Translations under genes and position numbers: made by a program
Notes under the pieces: generated by a model
Told to the model about the DNA's origin: nothing
The model's input: the letters and a program-made list of their open reading frames with translations, nothing else
The model's database searches: none
Shown: piece after piece, positions 48,756 to 58,487 of the stretch
Position numbering within the stretch: position 1 is the first letter of the stretch
How the letters are laid out: each line of letters begins with the position of its first letter
From: a virus
Lineage: Duplodnaviria > Caudoviricetes
Length of the DNA stretch: 64,000 bases
Strand: one strand, 5' to 3'
IMG/VR virus record: IMGVR_UViG_2881096153_000005
Coordinates: 1-64,000 of that record

Positions 48756-48926
48756 ATGAGGAATTTTAGCGAAAAAATCAGGTCCAAGCTTCGGCTAATC
48801 ATGCAGCGTGCCTGGGGGTTATTCAGAAAAGGCGTTGTCAGTTTTTCGATGAGTCTCCGGCTCTCCTGGTCCATCCAGAAAGGCAAAATGAATGAAGGTC
48901 AACTCGCAAAACTGCTGAAACGATGA
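48756..48926 (+). CDS. 56-aa phage protein (IMQRAW...FSMSLRLSW type; not in the ORF track)
   Basis: ATG after CAATTAAGCA. Confidence 0.6.
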   Translation: MRNFSEKIRSKLRLIMQRAWGLFRKGVVSFSMSLRLSWSIQKGKMNEGQLAKLLKR

Positions 48927-49087
48927 AAAGAAAGGATTTCAAAAAGCTGACACCGGTGGAGCAGGCAGCGCTCCGGGAGCTGATCGCCAACCAACCAAAC
49001 GCCCTGGGCGGCGTACATCGGGAAAAGAAAAAAGGATATACCGATCTCCCGTTGTTTTTCAAGGACGATCAGACTAAACTGTTCTGA
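48923..49087 (+). CDS. 54-aa hypothetical protein (not in the ORF track)
   Basis: ATGA overlap; followed by a terminator at 49095-49119. Confidence 0.5.
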   Translation: MKRKDFKKLTPVEQAALRELIANQPNALGGVHREKKKGYTDLPLFFKDDQTKLF

Positions 49088-49158
49088 AATAACAAAAGCC
49101 CGCCTTGGGAGCGGGCTTTCAGTCAATCAGTAATTAAACTAACTAACCTCAATTAAGC

Positions 49159-49347
49159 ATGTCAAAGGTAGCGCAAAAAATCACAAAAAGGAAGGTCGGC
49201 TCGAAATACTGCCGCAGAATTAGAAACAGAGCGGTATGGGCCCCATCGCTAAATCTTGCCGGGATCTGGATGCGGGATGCAGGGTTCAAGATCGGTGAGC
49301 GAGTAGATGTAATAGTAGTTAAGGGCAAGATAATCATTCAGAACTAA
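49159..49347 (+). CDS. SymE-like (AbrB-fold) protein
   Basis: PSLNLAGIWMRDAGFKIGERVDV. Confidence 0.7.
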   Translation: MSKVAQKITKRKVGSKYCRRIRNRAVWAPSLNLAGIWMRDAGFKIGERVDVIVVKGKIIIQN

Positions 49348-49916
49348 TGGGAAAGTACGACATAACGACACAAAACGAATACGATTTCTTTGAGGTCAGC
49401 TCGGCAATGCAAAAGTGCATCCGCAGGGGAATGGAGGAAGAAGCTCTCTATTGGGCGGTGGAGCTCTACAATTCTGGATACAGCGAATATGTATGGAAGC
49501 GGCTCCGGATCATGAGCAGTGAGGATGTTGGGTTGGCGCATCCATCCATTTCATCAGAGATTTGGGCGCTTTACTGCATGTTTAAGGAACAGGCAAAGAA
49601 GAAGGAGGATAAGAACGAGCCGCAGCGCCTGTTTCTCACGCATGCGGTTTTCATCCTTGCCCGATCGCGCAAGAGCCGGCTAATTGATTGGGCGCTGCTC
49701 TGGGCATGGATCACGCATAAGTTTCGTAGGCTCGAAATCCCTGATTTTGCCTACGACAAGCACAACGAACGTGGTCGGCAGCAAAAACGTGGATGGGGTC
49801 ACTTCTTTCGGGAAGGCACTCAATTGGAAAACCCGGCAGACGTCTGGAAGGAAGATGAGTATCGACGTCGGGCGATGAAGGCGATTGAAGATCCGGAGGG
49901 GATGGGTTTGTTTTAA
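49347..49916 (+). CDS. Stand-alone RarA/MgsA C-terminal-like domain
   Basis: SAMQKCIRRG..EEALYWA..L...VWKRL....SEDVGLA; no AAA+ ATPase part. Confidence 0.75.
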   Translation: MGKYDITTQNEYDFFEVSSAMQKCIRRGMEEEALYWAVELYNSGYSEYVWKRLRIMSSEDVGLAHPSISSEIWALYCMFKEQAKKKEDKNEPQRLFLTHAVFILARSRKSRLIDWALLWAWITHKFRRLEIPDFAYDKHNERGRQQKRGWGHFFREGTQLENPADVWKEDEYRRRAMKAIEDPEGMGLF

Positions 49917-49983
49917 CTAAAAGTGTCCTATTGTGAGTGAAAGTCACGGTGCATTTTGCATCGTGACTTTTTTGCTATTAGCT

Positions 49984-50526
49984 ATGAATGAATTAGAAAA
50001 AATGCCTCCTGGGGACTTCCTGCCCGAAAAAGGCAAACACAAGCTCGACAAGTTCAAGGACCATCTTGTTGCTCAGGTGCCACTATCTGCCAGGGATCAG
50101 GAGTATTTTGAAAAAATGAAAAAAGCCTGGTCGTGGGCGACAAAGATGTTCTCGCCACAAAAAGTAGTCGAGATGCTGCACAACGAGTATGGCCACGAGA
50201 AAACCCACGCCTATCAGATTCTTCGGGATAGTTATGCGCTGTGGGGTGATGCCTATGACCTGGACAAAAAAGGAGCGGCAAAGGTACTCGTCGAGTCTGC
50301 GTATGTTGCCCTGCAAATTGCAGTACGTGACAAAAACGGTGAACTGATCCTAAAAGCGGTCAAGGAGCTGCGCGAGCTCCAACAAATTGATAAGCTCGAA
50401 ACAGCGATTTCTCCTGAGCAGGCCATGCCGCCAGGTACGCGAGTGTATGTCTTTACTGCCCCCACGCAAAATGAGGGTACTGGTTCTGGAAAGGAGGTGG
50501 AAGATGGGGAATATAGTGTTGAATAG
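49984..50526 (+). CDS. Putative terminase small subunit
   Basis: Helical protein directly upstream of and overlapping terL; start at 49984. Confidence 0.55.
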   Translation: MNELEKMPPGDFLPEKGKHKLDKFKDHLVAQVPLSARDQEYFEKMKKAWSWATKMFSPQKVVEMLHNEYGHEKTHAYQILRDSYALWGDAYDLDKKGAAKVLVESAYVALQIAVRDKNGELILKAVKELRELQQIDKLETAISPEQAMPPGTRVYVFTAPTQNEGTGSGKEVEDGEYSVE

Positions 50527-52093
50527 TCGAGAGATACAGATCAACGTCAATCCTGCGCAGGGTCGGTTTCTTCATGCTTTGATGGAGAATGAAGCCGATT
50601 TTGAGAAAAACGGCAAAATGTATCAGACTGGTTTTCGAGCAACTTTCAACGGTGGGCGTGGATCCGGAAAAACCAATGTGCTAATGAAATTGCTGGCGGA
50701 AGTGGCATTTGCCCTGCCTCGATCTAAGGTTGGGCTTGCCTCCATGACCTATCGACACGTGCAAGACGTTGTACTTTCACAGAGCCGAAAGGTTTTCGAG
50801 GACTATGGCTTGTACGAATATGACCCCAAGGTTCGCCCATGGGGTCACTACACACTCAACCGCCGACCGCCCGAAACTTGGTGGCATCCCTACGAAGGGA
50901 TTAATACGTACGAAAACTGTATCTGCTTCAAGAACGGATGTACGATCGTATTTCTTTCCGCCGATCGCCCGGACACAGCACGTGGATTGAACCTCGATGT
51001 GCTGCTAATGGACGAGAGCTTTAAGTTGAAAGAGGACTTCTATAATACCGTATTGCGTAAAACGGTACGAGCTAACAAGTATTTGTATGCGGATCCACGT
51101 CCGCACAGGAAAGGTTTCAACCATCCACTTCATTGGCTCATTGCCGATTTCACGTCCGCAGCATGGACCCCTGAACAGCAGTGGATCTACCGCACCGAGG
51201 AGCTCATGAAGAAAGACCCGAAGCGCTACTATTTTCAGGAAGCGACTGCCTACGATAACCTCGATAATTTACCAGGGAACTTCATCGAAACAGAACGTGA
51301 ATCCTGCGCAGACGAAATGACCTTTGAGGTCGAGATCCTGAACCGGCGCGTGATCAGGCTGAACAACGCCTATTATCCATCGCTAAGTACGAGCCGTCAC
51401 ACTTACAATGAAATGTACGACTATCAGTTCGATGACAAGTCTCGACTGTATGTTCACAAGCGTATCGACTATGATGAAAACAAGCCCCTCGAAATCAGCT
51501 GCGATTTTAACGCACGGTTTACCTGTATGGTTATTGCTCAGGAGTTTCCGAGCGAGCTGCGTTTCATAGATAATATCTTTGTCAAGCGTGCCAATACTAC
51601 CCTGGTTGAAGAAATGGCTACTATATTCTGTACCAGGTACAAGGCCCACAAAAAGAGGGTGCTGTTTTTATACGGTGATAGTTCTGGAAAGAAGGGTGAT
51701 CCTGGTAGAACTACTACCCACTATCAACAACTAATCCAAGTACTTAGAAATAATGGGTGGTCGATTAAGGACTGCGTACAACAATCCTACCCTCCTTACA
51801 AAATACGCTACCGTGTAGTGAATACTATCCTATCTGAATCTAAGCCCTCTATACCTCGTATACGTATCAACGAGATAGAGTGTAAGTCACTACTCATTAG
51901 CCTCCAGCATGCACCAATCATTAGTGACAACTTCGAGAAAGACAAACGTTCAGAGAACAATGAAAAGCTTGATCAGCAATATGCAACACACTTAAGCGAT
52001 GCATTCGATTACATTGTATTCAAGAAGTTCTCACGTATTGTCCCAATCACAAGCTCAGGATCAAGGCGCATGAGAACATCCAATGCCGCTTAA
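50504..52093 (+). CDS. terL: Terminase large subunit
   Basis: GGRGSGKT Walker A, LLMDES Walker B, SCDFN and HLSDAFDY nuclease motifs; start at 50504. Confidence 0.88.
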   Translation: MGNIVLNSREIQINVNPAQGRFLHALMENEADFEKNGKMYQTGFRATFNGGRGSGKTNVLMKLLAEVAFALPRSKVGLASMTYRHVQDVVLSQSRKVFEDYGLYEYDPKVRPWGHYTLNRRPPETWWHPYEGINTYENCICFKNGCTIVFLSADRPDTARGLNLDVLLMDESFKLKEDFYNTVLRKTVRANKYLYADPRPHRKGFNHPLHWLIADFTSAAWTPEQQWIYRTEELMKKDPKRYYFQEATAYDNLDNLPGNFIETERESCADEMTFEVEILNRRVIRLNNAYYPSLSTSRHTYNEMYDYQFDDKSRLYVHKRIDYDENKPLEISCDFNARFTCMVIAQEFPSELRFIDNIFVKRANTTLVEEMATIFCTRYKAHKKRVLFLYGDSSGKKGDPGRTTTHYQQLIQVLRNNGWSIKDCVQQSYPPYKIRYRVVNTILSESKPSIPRIRINEIECKSLLISLQHAPIISDNFEKDKRSENNEKLDQQYATHLSDAFDYIVFKKFSRIVPITSSGSRRMRTSNAA

Positions 52094-52499
52094 CAAACTA
52101 AAAGTTTCTCATCAAGGCGCATGAAGACATCCAACGCCTCTTGACTTCACATTTAGAAATCCGAAACGATCCATTGTTTCGGATTTCAATTTAAATCCGA
52201 AAATTTCAATTTTTTGAATTTTTTGAATTTTGATCGACACGACTATTGCCACAAACCACGAATCGAATAAGTCATTGACGATCAAGCCGAAAACGAGCCT
52301 GCATATATTCACAAAAACGATTTGGCAATTGCCTTTTCGATATAGGGCGGGCAACCCCTTTAAAGGGAAGCGGAATGTTAAAGCCGTTTTTCGGAGCTAA
52401 CTGCCTGAAAGTCAAAATTGAGAGTCTTGGAAACAGCGGAATGGCGTTTCTGTGAAAAATCGTCCTACTGGATTAGGGTTGATTGAGCGAATTTTCAGC

Positions 52500-52805
52500 A
52501 TGGGAACAATATACATACGTGACGTTCGGCGGCAGGTAGACCTGTTGACGAAGTTTGGAGACCAGACCTTTTCGATCACCTACCGGAAAAAGGACGGGAG
52601 CTACGGTGAGAAGAAAAATTGCAGAAACAGGTCCGCAGATGTGAAGCACCAAAAGTCGGATCTGCTTAGCATTCGGCAGGCGAGCCGTCGCGCTGGATAC
52701 TTGCGTTTTGAGTTTCGCGACCAGGGCGGGCGGTGGCTGAAACGGGAGATCCTGTTTTGCCTACTGGTAAGTTTTAACGGCCACATAATTGACCACAATT
52801 TCTAA
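52500..52805 (+). CDS. Small phage protein preceding the portal
   Basis: FSITYRKKDG...FNGH; start at ATG 52500 after a GTCC promoter. Confidence 0.6.
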   Translation: MGTIYIRDVRRQVDLLTKFGDQTFSITYRKKDGSYGEKKNCRNRSADVKHQKSDLLSIRQASRRAGYLRFEFRDQGGRWLKREILFCLLVSFNGHIIDHNF

Positions 52806-52811
52806 TTCTAT

Positions 52812-54182
52812 ATGGCGATCGAAAAAATTAAAGTTGGTACGCGCAGAATCGCAATGACGAAGCATGCCGACGCTGGGCAACGTGACACGACCGGTGTGAA
52901 ACCCGGCACGGAGCGCACCGTGAATGTTGACAAGAAAAGCTACATCTATTACCCGTGGGGTGACAATAATATATTGCCCAACGAACGGGTAAAGTTGCTC
53001 CGGAGCAATGGCGATGCGCAGAACCTGGTACAAGCTCGAATCGATTTTTTGTACGGTGGTGGTTTTGGTTTCTTCAAGCACGTGAAAAAGGATAACATCA
53101 TTATCCGGGAGCCATTCACAAACGATGCAATTGAAGAATACATTGATGCCTACAATGTGCCTGATTTGAGTGAGGTAATTGATCGGGCGTTAACCTCCAT
53201 TGTCGAAACGGGTAATGCATTTATCCGGAGAAATGTAGTTGAAGATTTGCCGATATATTCCGTGAAAGATTCTCTTATCATGCGGGCAACCCTTGCTGAT
53301 CCGATCGTGAAAACGTATTTGCTCTGTCCGGATTGGACGGATCAGGATGCGATGGATAAGCATACCTCGGTTATGCCTGCCTACAATCCTGAAAGTACGG
53401 ACGTTATGGACTCCATTGTTCACCTACGCCCATACCAAAGCGGCCAACCCTACTACGGGTATGCGCAGTATTGGGGTGATCAATCCGTTCACTGGATTGA
53501 GGTCATGAACTACATTGCCAGCTCGATGATTGGCACGGTGAAGCACAACAAGAACCTTGCCCACGTGGTCCGGGTAGCGAGCAGGTACTTCGATGAAATG
53601 GCGGCAAGTGCTTCGCTGGATGATACGACCTCCGACGAACCGGAAGATTTCGAGAAGCAGAAAGACAAGGCCCGCGACGAATTTTACAAGTCAATTGAAA
53701 ATATCTTTTCTGAGAAAAACGACACCGGCCCCCGATTGATTTTCGACGAATGCGACCTCACGCCTGACGGCAAACTTTCCGGATTCATCCAATTTGAAGA
53801 AATTAAGCGATCGCTTAATGCGAAGGAGCTGAATGAAGCCTATCAGCTTGCGTTACTTGCGTTTTCAAACGCCTCCCGAATGCTGCCAAGTTTGGCCGGC
53901 GTCTCAGACGGCAAGATGCTCGGCGGCTCCGGATCAGAACTGAAAGTGGCTGCCAACTTCCAGCAACACTTCCGCACCGCACGGGAAAGAAAGCTGATCA
54001 CCGGGTTATTCAACAGCGATGTGAAGAAAGCATTGAAGCTCCCGAAAGATGTGTATGCTGGTTTTCATGACATTCTCTTGGTCTCCGACGACAAAAACCC
54101 CGCTGGCGTTGAGCAGAAAAAAACATCTGGACTGAAACAGGAAACAGGCGACAAAGCCGAAGAAACCGACACAGAAAAATGA
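52812..54182 (+). CDS. Portal-like protein
   Basis: 456 aa, YPWGDNN.LP, YYG...Y; follows terL. Confidence 0.7.
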   Translation: MAIEKIKVGTRRIAMTKHADAGQRDTTGVKPGTERTVNVDKKSYIYYPWGDNNILPNERVKLLRSNGDAQNLVQARIDFLYGGGFGFFKHVKKDNIIIREPFTNDAIEEYIDAYNVPDLSEVIDRALTSIVETGNAFIRRNVVEDLPIYSVKDSLIMRATLADPIVKTYLLCPDWTDQDAMDKHTSVMPAYNPESTDVMDSIVHLRPYQSGQPYYGYAQYWGDQSVHWIEVMNYIASSMIGTVKHNKNLAHVVRVASRYFDEMAASASLDDTTSDEPEDFEKQKDKARDEFYKSIENIFSEKNDTGPRLIFDECDLTPDGKLSGFIQFEEIKRSLNAKELNEAYQLALLAFSNASRMLPSLAGVSDGKMLGGSGSELKVAANFQQHFRTARERKLITGLFNSDVKKALKLPKDVYAGFHDILLVSDDKNPAGVEQKKTSGLKQETGDKAEETDTEK

Positions 54183-55162
54183 TACTGAAAGGCGTACAAG
54201 ATCTTACGAAATACTTAGGCCGGGCCGTGATGAATGCCACGACCGACGAATTCCTTGCCCCCTACATTCAGATGGCGCAGGATGGAGAACTGACGCGTGC
54301 GGTAGGAGCTGAGCTCGTGGCCGAAATTGATACGCAGTACAACGCAGAAAATCTTTCTGACGAAAATGAGGGACTGCTTATATACATGCAGAAGGTAGTT
54401 GCCTGGTATGCGTACCTGCACTATCTACCGTTTTCGATCGGTAATGACGGTGACAACGGTTTGCAGGAAATGAGCACCGAAAGCACGGCCCCCGTCCGAA
54501 TTGGCGTGTTGGATAAGCGACTACGGGAAACGGAACGCAATGCCATTGAAGCATTGGAAAATCTGCTGGTTTACCTGGAAAGTTTTGATTCCGATACGTA
54601 CAAAGATTCGCCGACCGCAAAGGCATCCCGTACCATGTTTGTTCCTTCGGCTACGGCTATGAGTGAATTTCTTCCGCAGATTGACCGGAACTACCGGCTG
54701 TACGTGAACATTCGCCCGTATATCGTTTTGGCCGAGTTGGATTATATCCTACCGCGTTTGGGACAGGAGCAATACGACCAACTGAAAGAAGCTTTGCTTG
54801 AATCAACAGCCACAGATCCTGAAAAAAAACTACTTCGGCTCATTGCCCGTGCCCTGGCTCATACCGCCTACTGGATGGCGCTGCCTAATCTGCAATTTGC
54901 GCTGTTATCGTCTGGTAGCATACGGGTGCTGTCTGATTTTGATGGCATCTATAACCGCAAAAATGCTCCGGAACAAACTGTTGCATACCTGATCGAACAG
55001 GCCGAAACCGACTCCAAGAAGCATCTGAACGCCCTGGTTAATTTTCTCCGGAAAAACCTAACCACCTACCCGCTTTATGCGGCAAGTAGTGCCGCTGGCA
55101 AGGAACAAACTAACCGGCTGCCAGACAATTCCAAGTACAACAAAGTTTTCCGGATGAAATGA
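54179..55162 (+). CDS. DUF6712-like head-tail connector candidate
   Basis: LAPYIQMAQ..L...G.EL motif; follows the portal. Confidence 0.55.
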   Translation: MILKGVQDLTKYLGRAVMNATTDEFLAPYIQMAQDGELTRAVGAELVAEIDTQYNAENLSDENEGLLIYMQKVVAWYAYLHYLPFSIGNDGDNGLQEMSTESTAPVRIGVLDKRLRETERNAIEALENLLVYLESFDSDTYKDSPTAKASRTMFVPSATAMSEFLPQIDRNYRLYVNIRPYIVLAELDYILPRLGQEQYDQLKEALLESTATDPEKKLLRLIARALAHTAYWMALPNLQFALLSSGSIRVLSDFDGIYNRKNAPEQTVAYLIEQAETDSKKHLNALVNFLRKNLTTYPLYAASSAAGKEQTNRLPDNSKYNKVFRMK

Positions 55163-55163
55163 T

Positions 55164-57149
55164 ATGGACTATCTAGCAACCATTACCCACCAAAAATTAG
55201 TACTTGCCCGAAACCCGGTCGTGATTGGCATGGAGCCGGTTGTATTGGCAGAAGGTCTCAGCCGGGTAGATCTGCTGTACATCTGTGAGCTATTCATGCA
55301 GGAAGGCTTTCAGGCTGCCGGGTTCGGCTCCACTTCGGTCCACGAAGCTAATGAAGAACCTCCTACGGACGATTCTCCTTTTTCTGCCGGTGCCTATTTC
55401 GAGATTCAAACCCGTCTCGACGACATGCTTTCGGCAGAGCCGCCGCCTTTCGATGCCAGCAAAATCCTTGTGTGTGCAGGCAATACCCGTCAGTTTTTTG
55501 TACGGAAAAGCCGGTTCAATGGCGACGATCTGCTAGACACCGAAGACGAAACCTCCGAGTGGGCGATCAAGGCCGGAATCTCCGAGCGTGATTATGATAC
55601 CTACGGCGGTCTGTTTTTCACGCGCCACATTGCCGAAGGCCGGCGCTTCCTGACTTGGCAGCCGAACAATAAGCTTGTCCGGACGGATCAGCCGGAATGG
55701 CTTTACTTCCTCACGAACTTTTCACCCGCACCGGAGCAGCTGCATGTTCGGGTAGATTGCCTTTACGAGGACAGTACCCGTGAAACCTACACGGCCCTGA
55801 CAATGGAGGATATTTCGTACATGACCGTCTACGGTATTCCGGTTTCTATGCAGGCACTTGGTTTGCTCGACCGGGAGAAAACCGTGGTACGCTATGACGT
55901 GTGGTTATCGAACGAAAACACGGAACGCATTTCCGAAATCCGCAGCTACCAGGTATGGACCGAATACTTCGAGACCGTCCGGTACTTGCTCTTTCAAAAC
56001 GGCCTCGGTGGTTACGACACCCTGCCGTTTGTTGGTTTGTCGGTCGAGAGCATGAAAGTTTCCCGTCAGATCCTGTCACGTTTTGTGGGGCATGATTACC
56101 TGCCAACCGTGAGCGAAGAAATAATTAACGAGGTCACCGGCGATCGGCAGATCACGCTATCAACGGGCAACCGGCTACGAGCTGAGCACCGAACGTATTT
56201 TGAGGATATGTTGCTGTCGCAGGAATTCCGGATTGCCGACAACGGCGAGTGGATTCCGGTTGTGCCGGCTTTCGATACGCTCACCACCGAGAACATTGCC
56301 GAATGGCCGATCGACCGGACGCTAACGTTCCGATACACCAACCCTTTCAGCCGATTTAGCAAGCTTCCCAAAATCGCAAAAGACGATCGGCCTACGGGTT
56401 GGCGCGACTGGATCACCTCCTGTGAGCTGGGCGCGAATGGTCTGCGTACAGGCCGACGTATTGTGAATGCTCTCGTAAAATACTATTTGGATAGTGGCGA
56501 AAATGTACGCCCTCTCGTTACTTCGGTTAATGCTCCCGGAGCCGATGGATACATTCCGCCCTGGGAAACGGAAGATTGCGATTTGGAAACAACGCCTTTC
56601 TTTTCGGAGGAAGTGGTGTATGTATCGCAAAAGAAAAAGTCTGGTTGTTCGGTTGGATTCATCGGAGGTTCCTGGAATATAACCATTGCAGCCGAAAGTT
56701 ACGGTTCTGAAATCAGTCAGGCAGATGCAAACGCTAAGGCGCTTGCTGCCGCATTGGCTATGGATACTCAGGCAAATGCAGATACGAACGCCGTTTGTAT
56801 TTCTACTACACCTATTCCCCTTTCTTTGGTACAGGTCGTTTCCGGACCGGTTAGTTATATCTATTACCCTTCCATCCAGGTACTGGCAAATTCTGTTTCT
56901 AAAATACCTGCACGAGACCCCTTTACAGCAAAGGTTTTTGCTGCTAGTCCGATGGACGCCGGTGTTTATAATATCGACCTGAAACTAACCTACATCATAT
57001 TTATTTCGCGCCGGCCGGTGATTATCACGATCCCTTCCAAGGGCCTGACTTCGCCGGTACTGAACAAACCCCAAACCTACCGATTTGCCAACGTAGCCAT
57101 AAATTGGGAAGATCCTGAAATAGAAATTATCGTAACCGAAGCACCATGA
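55164..57149 (+). CDS. Phage structural protein Z' with DUF5977-like repeat
   Basis: Paralogue of 4713-6719. Confidence 0.7.
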   Translation: MDYLATITHQKLVLARNPVVIGMEPVVLAEGLSRVDLLYICELFMQEGFQAAGFGSTSVHEANEEPPTDDSPFSAGAYFEIQTRLDDMLSAEPPPFDASKILVCAGNTRQFFVRKSRFNGDDLLDTEDETSEWAIKAGISERDYDTYGGLFFTRHIAEGRRFLTWQPNNKLVRTDQPEWLYFLTNFSPAPEQLHVRVDCLYEDSTRETYTALTMEDISYMTVYGIPVSMQALGLLDREKTVVRYDVWLSNENTERISEIRSYQVWTEYFETVRYLLFQNGLGGYDTLPFVGLSVESMKVSRQILSRFVGHDYLPTVSEEIINEVTGDRQITLSTGNRLRAEHRTYFEDMLLSQEFRIADNGEWIPVVPAFDTLTTENIAEWPIDRTLTFRYTNPFSRFSKLPKIAKDDRPTGWRDWITSCELGANGLRTGRRIVNALVKYYLDSGENVRPLVTSVNAPGADGYIPPWETEDCDLETTPFFSEEVVYVSQKKKSGCSVGFIGGSWNITIAAESYGSEISQADANAKALAAALAMDTQANADTNAVCISTTPIPLSLVQVVSGPVSYIYYPSIQVLANSVSKIPARDPFTAKVFAASPMDAGVYNIDLKLTYIIFISRRPVIITIPSKGLTSPVLNKPQTYRFANVAINWEDPEIEIIVTEAP

Positions 57150-57964
57150 ACCTGATTCGATACAGAAACAAAACCTACAAAGCGCCTGAGCGCTGGGAAG
57201 AATGCTCCCTCGAACAGTGGGGCGCACTCGTTGCCTTTGGCCGGGTGCCCGCCGAAGACCGAACGCCCGACATGCAGGTACTTGCTGCGCAAATGTGGCT
57301 CCAAGTTCCTGCCGACGAATGGGAAAAGTGGCAGCTGGATCTGTTACAATGGGAAGCTTTGCAAAAAGCCTTTGATTGGATATGGACACCTCCTACGGCC
57401 CGGCCTTGTGAGCATTTCTTACACATGGACGAGAAATATTACGTTTTTGGCCCCAACTTCGAGGACACCAAGGCGCTGGAACTTAGCCTGGCGCTGATGG
57501 ACTACGTTGCTTTCTCTGACCCCGACGAACCGGACCTGACCGCCTACGAGCGTATATTGGCCACGCTTTGCCGCCCGGAGCGGAAAGATTTGTTTCACTT
57601 TCGTGAGTCGGACGAGTGGGACGGTGACCTGCGGGAGCTGTACAACGAAGCCCGCACTGCCGACCGCGCAATCGCTCTCAGCTCGCTTAGCGAAATGTCG
57701 AAGCTCGCTCTGTTCGATTATTTCGAGCGATCGGCAAAAGCCTTCCTGACACAATACGAGCAGGTTTTTGGCGGCTCCGGCACACTCGAACCCCGCTACC
57801 CGGACGGGCGTGGCTGGATCATGCTACTGAAAAATATCGCGAAGGAAGGGCACTTCGGAAACTTCGATATGGTCTGCAAACAGCCCGCGCACCTGGTTTG
57901 GGCTAGTATGCTCGACGATGTGCTTCACAATCAGGAACTAATTAACGACTCTGAAAATGCCTAA
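57146..57964 (+). CDS. Phage tail-region protein X'
   Basis: Paralogue of 3392-4189. Confidence 0.6.
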   Translation: MNLIRYRNKTYKAPERWEECSLEQWGALVAFGRVPAEDRTPDMQVLAAQMWLQVPADEWEKWQLDLLQWEALQKAFDWIWTPPTARPCEHFLHMDEKYYVFGPNFEDTKALELSLALMDYVAFSDPDEPDLTAYERILATLCRPERKDLFHFRESDEWDGDLRELYNEARTADRAIALSSLSEMSKLALFDYFERSAKAFLTQYEQVFGGSGTLEPRYPDGRGWIMLLKNIAKEGHFGNFDMVCKQPAHLVWASMLDDVLHNQELINDSENA

Positions 57965-58487
57965 TCTACCCGCTCCCTTACATATTACCGACCTGCTCAC
58001 GCTGAATGACTTTTACGACGCCGTGGCCACGAAGGTCGTTTTTTCTTCCTATCACCTGGTCTCGTCGGGTGAAGAAGGGGTGCAGGAGGTGCAGCACATT
58101 TTTGAAAAGTCTGTTCTTCCCGGCGATATGATCATGACCGCCCAAATTGCCGAAACGCCCCTGACCGACAACGATACCGGCCTTACCCGTGCCACCTTTG
58201 CCTGCACCCTAATGGTGCTCGAAAAAATGGGAGGTGGTGCCCGCACAGCCGCCGTAAAGCTCGCAGTCCGCAACCGCACCTGGCTGAAAATGCTGGCCGT
58301 GATTGGCTTCATCCGCAGCTGTGCCGAGTACGCCGCTGCCAATAGCACCGCAAGCGACGAGCTCGAAATCTCCCTCCATCAGGACCGCCTATTGCCCATT
58401 GGCAGCATTGCCAACGCAACCGTGCAAGGCTGGCTTATCGACATCGACGTCACGATTCCAATCAATCACTATTTGTTTCTTGAGTAA
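57957..58487 (+). CDS. Phage tail-region protein Y'
   Basis: Probable counterpart of 4262-4729. Confidence 0.5.
   Translation: MPNLPAPLHITDLLTLNDFYDAVATKVVFSSYHLVSSGEEGVQEVQHIFEKSVLPGDMIMTAQIAETPLTDNDTGLTRATFACTLMVLEKMGGGARTAAVKLAVRNRTWLKMLAVIGFIRSCAEYAAANSTASDELEISLHQDRLLPIGSIANATVQGWLIDIDVTIPINHYLFLE

Noticed and set aside
50387-50503. N-terminal extensions given in the ORF track (terL; likewise 1706, 2170, 24923, 28242, 45329, 49933, 52452)
   Set aside because: They overlap neighbouring genes or promoters; downstream ATGs fit the operon structure better
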